Part shown: in pieces, positions 12,101 through 27,100 of the stretch
How positions within the stretch are numbered: the stretch's first letter is position 1
Layout: every line of letters begins with the position of its first letter
From: Octopus sinensis
Lineage: Eukaryota
Reading direction: 5' to 3'
DNA: 64,000 nucleotides
Assembly (NCBI RefSeq): GCF_006345805.1
Contig: NC_043007.1
Span: forward strand, 8,556,001 to 8,620,000
Translations under genes and position numbers: made by a program
Notes under the pieces: model-generated
Seen by the model: the letters and a program-made list of their open reading frames with translations, nothing else
Databases searched by the model: none
Told to the model about the DNA's origin: nothing

Positions 12101-15100
12101 TTGTGCTGCTGACCGGAAAATGGTTAGAAGGCAACAAAGAATCCACAGCTAGCAATCAATGAATGAAAAACAGCTGCAGTAGAAAGACATTTAAATAAAA
12201 TAAACATATTTGCTGTCATTATTTATGGAAAGAGTACAAAAAAAAAAAGACAGAAGGAAAGGGAAAAAGAAATAAATAAATAAACAGACAAAAAAAGTGC
12301 ATAAGTGAACGAAAAGGGCCGTCAGCATGTTTCTTGGAATACTCTTTTATTCTTTTACTGGTTTCAGTCATTTGACTGCGACCATGTTGGAGCACCACCT
12401 TTGGTCGAACAAATTGACCCCAGGACTTATTCTTTGTAAGCCTAGTACTTATTCTATCAGTCTCTTTTGCTGAACTGCTACATTTCAAGGACATAAACAC
12501 CCCAACATCAGTTGTCAAGTGATGGTGGAGGCACAAACACAGTCACACGAATACACACACACATAAACACACACACACACACAGATAGATATGATGGGCT
12601 TCTTTCAGTTTCCCGTTTACCAAATCCACTCACAAGGCTTTAGTGGGCTTGAGGCTACAGTAGAAGACACGTGCCCAAGGTGCTACGCAGTGGGACTGAA
12701 TCCAGAACCATGTGGTGGGAGAGCAAGCTTCTTACCACACAGCCACCATGTGTATTAACAATTTATCTCAAAATTGTATTATCTAAGGCTTTGCTCCAGC
12801 AATTCAGTTTATATCTTCATCATTTAATATCCGTCTGCCATGCTGGCTTGGGTTGGATGCTTGAACAAGAGCCAGTAAGTCAGAGAATTGCATTATACTT
12901 CAATGTCTACTTTGGCACGGTTTCTACACTTGGATGCCCTTCCTAATGTAATTTCCATAGCACACACACGAGTGAGGTCACCTTACAACCTGAAAGATTA
13001 AAGGATTAGAAAAGAGAGGATGCAAGGATTCGAGATGGGATGACGAGAAAGGATACAATACGATGAAAAGATAAGATTTATGGCTGCAAGAAGGTGATAG
13101 AAGAAAACATGCAGAGTAATGCACACGTGACTGTGTGAAAATGCTTACATTGCAATTTGTCACTGTTTCAGTGAGTGCTGCTGATGTGGACATTCCTTGT
13201 TCATATTAAAATCAGTCACTTTGTACTTTCAAAGACCCATGGCAATAAAGAAACCCTTTACATGAAGGCAAGTAAGAGTTAGAGACAGCGTGAGCATCCT
13301 GCTGTAAAATAAGTTTACCCAAACTGATGCTACCATGGTAGAACAGACATTATATGAATATCTATTATATAAAATCCGTTCTGTCTGTGTGTGTGTCTTC
13401 TAGGATCTCGGGCATCCTCCGTCCAATTACGCTCAAATTTGATATGTAGATATCGACAGTATCAGGGCATGTATAAGTCTTGAAAAAATTACAAAAATCG
13501 ATTCCAGGTGAGAATGCAATCGATAAAGCCATGGGAATGTGCATTTGTACACGCAAGTACATCAGCTGTTGCGATCGATACTATGCATACACGAGAAAAA
13601 TGCACATGCAGTTTGCGCAAAAAAGCCAACTGGCTTGAAATAATGCCACAAAATGCAGTATATTAAGAGACCAAAACAGTAAGATGCAAAAGAGATATTT
13701 TCTTCAAACTTGGCATGAAGGAAGGAAAGACTATTTGGTTTCTTTGGAATAGAAAAAAGTCTATCTTTATTTCTTCTTTAACTGGTGTCTCAAATTTAGG
13801 TTAAATCAGTGTTTCTCAAAGAGGAGGCCTACGAGATGATCAGACAAGTTGTTTTGAGAAAATTTGGTTTAAATGTTTGACAACTCAGCACCATCCATTG
13901 GACGGGGGGGGGGGCGTTTTGCTCGTATATATATATATTTTTTTTCCATTGGTATATGAGTGTGTGTATATATATATATATATAAAATAACATAAATAAT
14001 ATATAAACATATACATATATACATACATATATGTACATACCTACATCTATATGTATATATACATGCATATATGGGTACAGGACACCAAAAAAATGAACAG
14101 AATGAGAAACGAAAACGACACACACACCATCTTTATACACAGGCACAAGAAAAGCACCCAGTACACATTGTAAAATGATTGGTGTTAGGAAGAGCATCCA
14201 ATTGAAATGATGCCAAAGAAACAAACATTGGAGCACAATACAGTCCTGGGACTCATCGGAACCTTCAACCTGTCCAACCCATGACAGCATGGAACACTGA
14301 TGTTAAATGATGATCTTTCACTGACGTAAACTGGCAAAGTATGTAAAGATCAACAAGAAAAAAAAAACAATCCAAAGAAAATCCTGGGTATCTTGAATGA
14401 AGTTTCTTGTGGCATTTAGAAATGCTGTGAGGGAGTGAGTGGCTCACTGCCAACCTATGGCTCCAAAACGGAAGTGTAAAATGGATAAAAAAAACCCAGT
14501 TTAAGCAATAATAAATGATCTGAACAGGGAGTAACACTTACATGTTGTAAGCTTCACCATCAATAAAAGGCAGCAATGCACCGGCTCCAAGTAAGGCTTC
14601 AAAGATTATGGTAAGATGCCGAAGTAGATCGTCTCTGGAAAGAAGAGGAGTAGAGCCAGAGAGGAGAAACAAGAGGAATGAGCGAGAGGAGGAGGGTGAA
14701 AAGAAAGGCAAACATAAAAAACAGCAACTGTAACACAAAAATCTGAAAGAAAAATATTCAGAAACAAAAAAAAAAAAAAAACTGATTAAGTTTGATTTGT
14801 AATGGCTAAAAGAATATTTGGAATAAAAGAAATAATTATAAAGGAGAGAAAAAGGAAAAAGACAAAAAAAGAAAGCCTCAACAATAGAAAACAGAAGCTA
14901 ACAACAACAACAAAGTATGATCTTAATTAACAAGATAAGTAATTAGTCAAGTGGATTGTGTATAAGAAGACTAACACTTGATAAGTGTTTTGTTCCTAAT
15001 TACTGTGCTGTAATCTGTTTATAGTCTGGACATGGGAAAAGGTAGTGAGGTCAATTTCAGAACATCGTTGGGCCTTAAGATAGAGGGATGAGTCGTATGA

Positions 15101-18100
15101 CAGACCCATACAAGCATTGGGGGGGAAAATAAAAGGACATTAAAAAATACAGAGTAGACAGAGAGAATCCATCATCCTCCCTGTGTCAATGTAACTATCT
15201 GTCAAGAACAAGTCCTAAAGGAAAGCAACCACTTACAGTAATACCCAAAGTTGGGGCTGGGGTTTATCTGTAGTGACAGAAACGAGAAGACGAGAGATAA
15301 TACTCTGTCACCCACTGTCTATGATGTGAAGTAGACAAGAGATAAGCCTCTACCAAAAGCAGGAAGCTAGTTTACAGGTAGTGGCAACTGAACTAAGTAC
15401 CACAGACATATAAAATGGTTAATTGCATTCTTCAGTGACACTACAGCCACAAATGGCAATGAATTTCACCACAAAGAGGTACCCATTAAGAGCTTGGAAA
15501 ACCTCGCTATTTTGGCTATAAATGCCATAAAATGCTAATGACAAGATATGAACTATTGGTTAGTTCAGTATTCTATTGATTAAGCTATCAATGCTCTTCA
15601 TGTCCTGCCCAGAGCATGTTTTAAGTCCTCATCAGCTTAAAACCATGAGACTAAAGCTGAGCACTTTTTGTTTTATTTATAAGATTCCCTTGGGAGTTTT
15701 GGAGACATTCACAGAATTTTACACTATATAAATCAAATCTTTACTGGTTATAGACATTACATTCTGACCATGGATATACAGACTTTAATTTTAGATTAAT
15801 TAATTAAATATCTGAAACATAGCCATATGTTTATAGAAAAGTTGCCGAGTTTCTTATCCAGTCACAGATATATCTCAGACATACAACATCACTGTTACAA
15901 GACATGTTCTTGGAGATATTTCTTATTAGCTGCAGTACATACATAGTGTTTATGATTTTAGTAGACTCTGGAGAGTCTACAAAATTGAGAAGATTCTTTG
16001 GATTTACTGAGAAGAGAATCTCTTTAGTGCTGATACCATGAAAGAAATACACTCAGTATACTCTGTAAAGTGGTCAGTGATAGGAAGGGCAACCATTCAT
16101 CAAAACCAAAACTGAGGCAATAGAGTCATTGGATCCTGTGAAACGATCCAACCAATGTCAGCATGGAAAGCAGATGCAAAATGACAATGTGTACCTGCAG
16201 AATATGTCTAGATTACAACTATTTAAATGTGACAAGTTGAGAGTGCTGAGGCATCTCATTTGTTGTTGTCCTATTCCATCAGTAAAAATATCTCTAATTT
16301 TAGAGAATTAACAGCTTCTCACCAGGCCCAACACTAACCATTCTACCCAGTCTTCCTTCTTCCAACAACTCTGTCAAACCTCCGGAATTTTCATCCTGCC
16401 CACTTGTTTCTTTCCCCTGCAGCTGTCAGGTTGCAGTCATTCATTAGTAACATTAGCAGCCTCAATCTCCCCTCTATCAAACGATCTGTAAACACTACAG
16501 ACACAAAAGAAATCTAAAAGAAGGAACAGATGGAGTTTTCTTGAAGTCTTTGAATCCCATCAGACATGAACATCCAATATGTTAACAAACTGCTGAACCT
16601 ACCTTGGAATTTCATTATCTTTGTCAATTGTCTTTATGAATTCCAGCTCAGGTTTCAGCACTTTCTCTAAAATACGAGAAGCAAACTGAATTTCTTCAGC
16701 ACATGGTATGTGCCATTGTATGTCAGCATTTTCAACAGATCCTGTATAAGCCCAATCCTAGAAAGAAAGAAAAATGCAACAATACATTCTCTGTGAATTG
16801 TAGGGATTCTTTAAAAAGTTTCAAATAATAAAAGGTATCCTCAACTGAATTGGTCTCAGGTCTCTGCCTGATATTTATTCCATTTAGATTGCACATACGT
16901 TCACAGTCAGCTTATATACAAGCAGTGTGTGGATATACTGACCCTGATGATCAAGTGTTCAGTGAGAGGTGCATCAATGTCTACTGGGACACTCCGGAAA
17001 TCCAAAGGGTAGATATTGGTCAGAGAACGAAGAAGGTAACGTAGGGTACTCGTACTGTATTCGTAGGCTTCTACGCATTTCAGCTCTAATAAGGGTGATA
17101 AAAGATCTGTGAGATCATCCACAAAGGACAGCAGAGTATGTCCTGGGGCTCGTACAACCTAAGTAAATAAATAATTTTTTTTTAATGATGAATCTTGAAG
17201 CATATAAAGCTATAAACATTGGGTTAAAAACGTGTTTGGATAGAAAAATAAATAAATAGGAATTAATTACAATACTAGCAGCTTAGACTGGCGTTGCCCG
17301 CGTATGTAAGAAACTTTCTCAATAAGCAATGCCCTTTACCTTTTTACCCTTTTTGTACTCATTGAACCGTTATTTTGTAATATGAAGCCTAAAAGGCATT
17401 AAGGCATTCAAGGCACCGTTCCCTTGCATGCATGAAGAAGTAGGGAAAATCTATGTGAACTTTCAAAAAATATCACAGAAAAATCGGTTTGCTATGTGTG
17501 CCACATATGATGTAATTAACCGATTTTTTCCAGTAATAACGTATCCTATTGGAATCAAAAGGACCTTGGAGCAGACATGATGCTCGCTGTGAATTTCAAA
17601 AAAAATTCCTGCCAATCTGTTAAAGATATTGTCGAAAATATGTCATCTTGAATTTGAACGCGATTTCCCAAAATAGCATGATTTTATCGATTTTTTCTGA
17701 TGGTAAGGTATTGCATGGAAAACTAACGTCAGAATTAAGTTCCTTAGGGTAACATTAAGCTTCAACATGAGTTTGGTGAAAATCGATTGCAAGTTGCGAA
17801 AACTACAACGGAAAATGTGTTGCATATGATAAGCTTAGATTCTCGACCCCAAGTTGAATTTATTGATTTTTTCAGATCTGGGGGAACTTTTCAAAATTTT
17901 CGCTGCATTAGTTTTGAATTATGACATTGGGCTATGTGTGTGTGTGTCGAGTTTCATCAGAATCAGTTGAAAGCTGTGGTCAGGGTGAGGGTACAACCTG
18001 ACAGACAAACTGCCTTTTATATATATAGAGATGGCTTTCCTAAATTGATACAGAGACAACCAGCTGAACCAATTTCAATATATGATGGGTACTTGAAGAC

Positions 18101-21100
18101 TCCACAAAGATAGAAAGCAAAGTTAAGTTCCAGGAGAACTTAGGCTTTGAGTGTAGAATATAAAAAAAAATACTGTAAAACAACAAGGAAACCTGCTAGA
18201 TATAGCTGTCAATTCTCCCTCAAACCACCCATTACTTCCATAACAACAGAAAAGATACACAAGAAATTTACATAAATAGAAAAGTTCAAGGAAACTGGTG
18301 TGTCTGTCTGAATTGGTAATAAAACAATGAACTTTTCAAATATTGATAGTCTTGTGATGAGCTGTTTGAGTAAGAGGAGGGGTGGTCTCTAATTTGTGGT
18401 TGAATTAAATAACAAGAAAATCACTTACTTGTGACAGCATCAAAATATTCCATAACAGCTCCACATCAAGCTTTTCTTCTTCTTTGATGTCTTCATCTGT
18501 AATTAAAGGAAAATTAAATGCAATATATTTCATATAAACTAACACAAATAAAGTGAAATATATGAAATAGGTAACAAGTTATGCACCATTGTATGCAGCA
18601 AGTGCATGATCAAACCAACAAGTTACACTGTGCAGCAAATTATTTACTACTGTGTGCAGCAGTTGCACTCTGCTATTGACAAGTTGTTCACAACTGTGCA
18701 ATTATTCATGGCTATATGCAGTAACTGCACTGTGCAGGTGATAAGTTATGTGTTGGTTTTACAGGATGAGTTCAGTTCCTTTCACAGGGAAGAAATACCC
18801 ACAATAGACTGGTTTCATATCCAAGAGAAGATTCGTTTCTCAATAATGCCAGCAGAAACTGAAGACAAACACCAGCCCAGTGAAGCACACAAGTCCCTGA
18901 ATAGCACTCAGAATGTATATTCTTTTTTTTCCCCTCCAACTTCAATATGGAAATAACTTTCCATGAACTGAAACAGAGCACTTTTTTCTTAACCAGATGT
19001 CTTTAATGCCAACCACTAAATTGTGAAATAATGTGCTCACATGCAATAGCTGAGAGTCAACAGCTGACCAACTCAATGGTGTCTCAGCATTGAGACTCCA
19101 TGGCCCAGAACATCAAGCTGTAAATAAATGTCATGCAATGATCTTCATACATTACTTTGCAATACAGAAACTGTGAATTTGATTGCTCTCATGGACAAAA
19201 CTCAAAATAGATTGGCATTTCTCTGCAGAAAGCAACAGATTTTTCAACTGATTAATGCTGTGGCAGTGGTGGTACGGTTCTGCTTTCTGGAACTGAATAG
19301 CCAATATTTTTTTTTAGAAATCATTGGATTGACAAGTTCATTCCCATTGCCATCTCATTTGGAGATGTAGAGAGAAGAGCTGGACATCTTGGTTGGGAAT
19401 TTTAGAATGCAGCACCCAGCATGGCTGTTTAGTGGCGGTAACTTGCACAGAAGTATGTGAATGCTCTAAAGAGAGACAGACTCAAAAGATTGTCAAATGC
19501 ATTGTATTGTAGCATTGAAATTTCAATGTGATTGCTTGGTTTTAGAAGAATGACAATGTAGAATGACGTCAGAGGCTGGATCCGGTGGTTTGAATATGAA
19601 ACAGTAAGACTATTTGGATCTGATGTAGCTGGTTTAACCCTTCCGTTACCAACCTGGCCAAAACCGGCTCTGGCTCTGTAGTAGAAATGTCTTGTTTTCA
19701 TAAGTTTTGCATCAAAATATACCACCAAACCTTAGTCGCAATTTATATTCCTAATACTAGCTTAATGATAACTAAGTTATTTTACTAAATTCTTTGTTAT
19801 ATTTAAAATAATTGAAACAAACACAGAGCATCTCAAAATAAATACAGTAACGAAAGGGTTAAATGCTAAAAGGTTAAAGGAGTCTTGTGATGTGACTGAG
19901 ATAAGAATGTTTAAAGACTTTGACAAGTTACTCACTTGCAGCAAGGAGCCGTCGAATGTTACTACAGAAATGTGGAATAAACAACTTCAGAGATTTGTCT
20001 GGATTAACCTAAAATTAGAGAAAAATTAGCTTCAATCAATATTCAAATTTGTCTCTCTTCCATATTTGTGTGTGTGTGTGTGTGTGTGTATGTATATATA
20101 CAGAGTGGTTGATGTTAGGAAGGGTATCCAGCCATGTAATCCATGCCAAAACACACTCTGAAGCATGGCACAAGCTCCTGCCTGGCCAGTGGCTGTCAAA
20201 CCATCCAACCCATGCCAGCATGGAAGGGGAACATTAAACGATGATGATAATGATGATATATGTGTTTTATACATGTATACACACACAAACACACACAAAG
20301 GTTACAAAAATAGTTATTGTTTTTGCTATTTATAAACTTTATGCTTATTTTGGCATAAATTTTTATTAATCTAAGTTCATGTAAAATATTGTTTTGAAGC
20401 AGAGATTTTGGTCAGTTGATTTATGTGTAGGGCATTGGTGAGACCGACAAAGAAGTGGTGATAAGCAGGAATAATTAGCAGTAAAATCACCAAAGAAACA
20501 AATTCATTCAACTGCCTCAAAAGGGTTGCTAGAAATAGATGATAGTTTCTTTTACCAAAGTGACCTAATCAGTAGTATTGGTGGGGAGGGGGGATTGCAA
20601 AAGTAGAACAGAAAAAGGAAGGATGGAATGGAAACAGTTCAGGGAGTCGTTTACTCTGTTGGCAGCAAAGGTCTTCTTTCTCGGAATGAAAGACTCTATT
20701 ATGAAAGAATTTGCAAATAAAGTGTGGTGCATGGTAGCAGGACATTGGCATCGAATGTGTGGGTGGGGAATTGGAAAAGAAATGAAGCAGACATATTCCA
20801 ATGGATTAAACTTGGAGGTGAAGTGTGTTGATAGAAAAACTTGGCAATGCTGTTAGCAGCTGTTGTATGCAGAGGACGAAGATGGGCCAGGCTGGGATGG
20901 AGAAGTAAATGCAGAAGGATGATTTGGTGCAAAATTGTCAATTAGAGCAACTGAAAAGAGCAAGAAGAGGAAGATTCACACACACACAGAGCAAAGTATA
21001 CAAGAAATACACATCAGAGGATAAATTGATTATATTTAATAAAAGAACCTACCTTAACAGCTGCTTTAATGAGATCAGACACAAATTTCCCACCAACACG

Positions 21101-24100
21101 AGTCTCATAAACTGTTTGACTGACATAGTTGAACAAGCAACTTAAAGCAGACTGAAAAAAAAAAAAAGAAAAAAAAAAACAGAATTTCATATTATTTTGC
21201 TGGTCAAAATCAGAAAAAGCTGATGAATGCAATTTTAATGGTCAAGTATTCAAACTACACTGCTTCAGCCATTGTACTGTACTGATCAGAAAGGTACCTT
21301 AGACTGCTTGCTATAGTTTATAAGGCTGACAAGGATTCAGTTGTTTAATCACCAGAAGTAGCTGAGTGTTCCAGACATGTGCATCATAAACATAATCCAC
21401 TGGCAGAGTCAGGAAGACACCAACGTGTGATAAAGCTAAATCTTTGATGGTATAATCCATCTGAAAGGCTTCTACACAGTATCCATCAAGCCAATTTCAC
21501 TCATCAGTCTTTAGTTGACAAGAGATAAAGGTAAAAGGTACCAGTGCAAGATATCGCACAGTAAGATTGAACTCATAACCCCGTGACAGCAAAGTAAGTT
21601 CCCTAACTGTTCAGCCGTATTGTGTCCATGGTTTAACAAAAGTAATCTACTTGAAAAAACTGAGAATGGAGAGCTTAATGGCAGATTATTTAGAATTTAC
21701 ATTTTCCCTGTGTGAATTCTTTCAGTAAATGAAAGTAATTAGCTATTTAATGTGGGTTTGATTAAATTTGGTCAAGTCATCACTCACCTCAAATATTGGT
21801 GTTGAACATTGCTGCAGAATAGCTGTAAAAGTTGAAGACAGACCAATCTCCAACCAAGATTGTTCAGGATTGAAACTGTTGTCAGAAGTGCTACTTTGGT
21901 TGTGTAATTCGATCTGGGCACTGTTCTCAATGAGGGAAAAACTCCTGCAACAGAAATTTTAATGAAGAACTTTACAAGAAATACATTCACCATCATCACT
22001 TGGAATACAAGCCAGATGCACTGGACACCTTACTATTTTGATACAGTTGCACTACTGCCACCGCCACCACTACTACTTTCATCATCATGACCGCTGCTGC
22101 TATAGTCTTCCTCAAAGCTGTGACCCTCGTCTTTATCATCATCACCAATAATCTCATCATCATCATCATTAACACCATCATCGTCATCATCACCACAGCT
22201 GCTAACCTCCTTATTACCATGACCACCACTACCATCATCATTACCAACACTGCCTTTGCCATTAAATTAATTCTGCCTTCAACTTGCGAACCAGGTGGGA
22301 AGTGGTTCAGTATTCCAGACACACATACCATTAACTTACCTTTCAGCTATAATCAACATGAAACAGTGTGACAAGGCTGAACCTTTTGGCTACAGTTTCC
22401 GTCTACCCAATCTCATTCTCAAGGAATGGATTGATTTGGGGTAATGGTAAAAGACCTTCCCAACATGCCACACAGTGGTACTGAATCCAATGCATGGTAG
22501 AAGCACTGGAAAGATGCTGCATTGCTGCACAATACAGAGTCTTTCTAATGCATCTAACAAACTGATTTATAATTGAGTGGACAAATACCTTATCTCTACT
22601 TTATAAATATATCAAGGCACAGGAGCGGCTGTGTGATAAGTAGCTTGCTTATCAACCACATGGTTCTGGGTTCAGTTCCACTGCATGGCACCTTGGGCAA
22701 GTGTCTTCTACTATAGCCTCAGGCCAACCAAAGCATTGTGTGTGGATTTGGTAGACGGAAACTGAAAGAAGCCCATCGTATAATATGTATATACTTATGC
22801 AGTGTTCATACTCGACAGAGTGTAAGTACCTAGAGAGAAAAGTTGGACCTAAGAAGCATCAGTTGTGGTGTGCTAGAGAGACGATTGCACTGGTATGGTC
22901 ATGTGGCAAGAATGGATGAAGATAGTTGTGTGAAAAAGTGCCACACCCTAGCGGTTGAGGGAACCTGTGGAAGAGGTAGACCCAGGAAAACCTGGGACGA
23001 GGTGGTGAAGCATGACCTTCGAACTTTAGGTCTCACCGAGGAAATGACTAGAGACCGAGACCTTTGGAAGTATGCTGTGTGTGAGAAGACCTGGCAGGAC
23101 AAGTGAGACCATAACCCGTGGCCTCTACCTGGGATGTAGCCAGTTCACTTATGCATACCTTTCCTTCTTGGGACACAAAACTCTACTTGTGAAGACCTGT
23201 TGAGGCAAGTGAAAATCAAAATCGAAATCGATCAACATCAATGGAAATTGCAGCTGTGATACCAGTGCCAGTGGCACATAAGAGAACCATCCAAATGTGG
23301 CCGTTGTCAACGCCGCTCTGACTGGCCTCCGTGAGGGTGGCACGTAAAAAGCACCACCCGATCGTGGCCGTTTGCCAGCCTCGTCTGGCACCTGTGCCGG
23401 TGGCACGTAAAAAGCACCCACTACACTCATGGAGTGGTTGGCGTTAGGAAGGGCATCCAGCCGTAGAAACATTGCCAGATCAGACTGGGCCTGGTGCAGC
23501 CTTGTGGCTTCCCAGACCCCAGTTGAACCGTCCAACCCATGCTAGCATGGAAAGTGGACGCTAAACGATGATGATGATGATGCACATATACACACAAAAC
23601 CTGTACCACACACACAAACACATGAATGCACATAATTGATGCACACAGACATAACACATATATAAAGATACATAATGTACCAACACAGAATACACTTAAG
23701 TACACACACACACAATACACATTTGTCCACAGTTGTAAGTATAGGGTCTGGGACATTATACTTACTTGTACATAAACTGTAACACAAAGTCTTCAAACTG
23801 AGAACTTGCAGAACACAGTTCTTTCTCTGTCTAAAAGAAAAGAAAAAAAACCCCATCAAAATGATACAAAACAAAAACAAAAAAAAACAACAAATTGGTC
23901 ATTACACATGGAGATAATGCAATACCAGTAAAGGGACAGAAATGACCGACTTTAGCTTATTGGTTGCTAAACTACTGACTTGGTCATCTGTACTTACAAC
24001 TAATGAAGGAGACATTAAAATGCTTGAGATGAAGTAAATAGTTTTATGAGCCATAGTGATTAGGATGGTTTGGCTGCTGTTTCTAGCAGGCCAAGCTCTG

Positions 24101-27100
24101 GCTTGTCCCTTTACCTATATTTTTGTATAAAACTCCTACTACTTATGCAGACAGTTATTTTGAGAGTGGGTTGCCTCAACACCACCACAATAGCTACAGT
24201 AATAAGGCTTCAATGGATGATCACATGTCCAGTAGCCAAGCACTTTAACATCTCAACTGCTGTGCCCTGCTACAAACAGATTTAAAAACCACAAACAACA
24301 ATACTATGAACTCTTGAAGAATCAAGTATGAAAGGAAACTTGAGTTTTATAGAAAAGTGTCAGGATGATCTGGCCTGGAGTGTGACTTGTATTAAAGGTT
24401 CAGATCGATCCTAATATAATAGCTGACAAACCATAACATTGCCATCATCATTTAATGCCCGTCTTCCATTCTGGTATGGTTTGAACAGTTTGACCAGAGC
24501 TGGCAAGCAGAAGGGCTGCACCAGGTGCCAGTCTGATTTGGTATGGTTTCTATGGCTGGATGCCCTGCCTAATGCCAACCACTTCACAATGGTCTGCTGG
24601 GTGCTTTTATGTGGCACCACATGGGTGCTATTTCGTAGCACCAACATGAGTACATTTTACATGGCACCAACACAGGACTCTTGGAGGCCAATCCTCTCAA
24701 CAAGGGGGAGCAGTCTTAACACTTCTGCTGTGGAGAATGGGTCTTCTTGAATACAGTCAAGTATCTCGGTCCTCTGTCATCTCATCTGAAAGGTTCCATG
24801 CCAGCATTGATCGTCAAGCAATGGAGGGAGGGAGAAACAGGCACACAAATATATACATATACTATGGGCTTCTTTCAATTTCTGTCTACCAAATCCACTC
24901 ACAAGGCTTTGGTCAGCCTGAGGCTATATAGTAGAAGACACTTGCCCAAGGTTCCATGCAGTGGGACTGAGCCCAGAACCATGTAGTTGGGAAGCAAGCT
25001 TCTTACCACACAGCCACTTGAGATAGAAGAGGTTTGGCTATAGAACGACTTGTTGGTCAATCTTCTTCTGCATCCAGTGTCCAAAAGAGCCACATAGTGA
25101 AGCTGAAACAACGTGGATGTGAAACAAACTTCTTGACAACATGGCCATGTCCATGGACCATGTGAAAATATTTAGTTGTAGAACTACTCTTACCATAATT
25201 TCTCTTTCTTTCTCTCTTTATATATATATATATATATAGGGTGTTCAAAAAGTCCCTCCACAGTGAATTTTTTTCATCCTGACTCTCCAAGATGTATTTC
25301 AAAACATGTGTAGAAGAGTCAACTTATGTATTGAAAATGAAGGACGACACTTTCAACACCTCTTATAAAGTTTTTAAAGTCTTGTAAAGTTTAATATATT
25401 CTTTTGTAGCCTTATACCATCATGTAAATATTTATTTTGCAATAAAATACTTATTGCAGAGAGACTTTTTGAACACCCTGTATAATATATAAAATACTGC
25501 TTAGAGGATAAGTTAACCTCATAAAGGGATGGTTGCTTCCAAGGAAATATTTGTTATATACCCAGTAATTTGGGTGGGGGAATGAAATTTCTTTAAATCA
25601 ATAGGTACGTATTAAGAATAAAGTTCATTGTGTATAAATAAATAAATAAAAAGACTTACCTCTGAGAGATCATCTCTAAGATAGATGGCACTGGAACAGT
25701 CGACTAGAGGGACCAAAGTTACAAATGTGGAAACCATCTGAAATGTCACCTGCAAAACAACCCAAAAATGACTTTGTATACATGTGTGAGTGTGGGGGGG
25801 AGGGAAGGGGGGGTCAATGAAAGTATTCTGAAAGAGAAACAGGAAGAGGAAACAGGAAGTAGTGACACTTACCTAATAATGGTTTCGAATTTTGGCACAA
25901 AGCCAGCAATTTCAGGGGAGGTGGGGTAAGTTGTTTACCCCAGTGTTCACCTGGTATTAATTTACAGACTCCAAAAAGATGAAAGGTAAAGCCAATCTCG
26001 GCAGAATTTGAACTCAGAACATAAAGATGGATGAAATGCTGTTAAGCATTTTGCCCTTATATGGTAATAATTCTACCAGCTCAGCACCTGATCTAATAAC
26101 ACAGTTTTTGTAGGACAGTAACAGAATCAACTGGAAGAAACCTAGCATATTACAGGCACAGGTTCCAGCACTCCCCTCCCCCCCCCCCACACACACAACA
26201 ACTATGATGAGATGAAAGTCAAAGGCAAGATTTGAACTGAATATTATAAAAGGCAACAGGCTTGTCCCTTTCTCATTGGGTGCAGTTTACATACAAAGAG
26301 ACATAATGAAGCAACAGAGTGTCCCTTCTTATCTTTTCTAACAGTCAGTAGCTAGTTGGGATTTTAGCTCACTCCATCTAATTATGAATGTAGAGAATTG
26401 GTAGAGTCGTTAGAGCACTGGGCAGAACACTTTCTGGTATTTGTTCAGACACTTGGCATTCTAGGTTCAAATCTAGTCAAAGTCAACTTTACCTTTCATC
26501 CTTTCAAGGTTGATAAAAAAAAGAAATCACTAAATAATAGCAAAACTTTTACTAAAGTCAGACAAGTGCCTTGTGGTATTTATTCTGGCAGCAGTGCCTG
26601 TCATGACATTAATACCGTCCTGTATTGGCCCAAAATGGTGGCTTTGGAGGAACATCAATGGCAAAGAGAGAGGAGGCTCACATATATGGCTCTGCTAGTG
26701 TAACTCAAAGAAAAATCTTGCACAGGCCTGTGCAAATTCACTCCCAAGGCATTGGCCAACCTGGAGCAATAGTAGAAGATACCTGCTCAAGGTTTTGCAC
26801 AGTGGGACTGTGCCCCAAAACTAGGTGGCTGAAAAGCAAGCTACTTAACCCCACAGTTACAAGGAAGGAAAACATCAGATAAACAGTAGAATAGTTTCAT
26901 TCCATCTATGAGAGGAAGAAAGGCAGGAGCTTACTTAGAACAAAATATATCTGAAACACTCACTCAAAGAGAAATAAGAAAAATTACTTTAAAAGGTTGA
27001 AAAAGTAAAAATTAGTTGCAAATAATTACCAGAGATTTCTTGACATCGTTTGGATCAATGCCAGGAAGAGATAAGTTGAGTAATGGCAAAACATGCAGTC

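Noticed and set aside
13805-13920. CAGTGTTTCTCAAA, a hAT-like terminal motif
   Set aside because: No matching second terminus or 8-bp TSD found.
18606-18956. 116-aa plus-strand ORF with an internal acceptor-like site (possible nested antisense exon)
   Set aside because: The first half is a degenerate tandem repeat, there is no recognisable homology and no partner exons were found.
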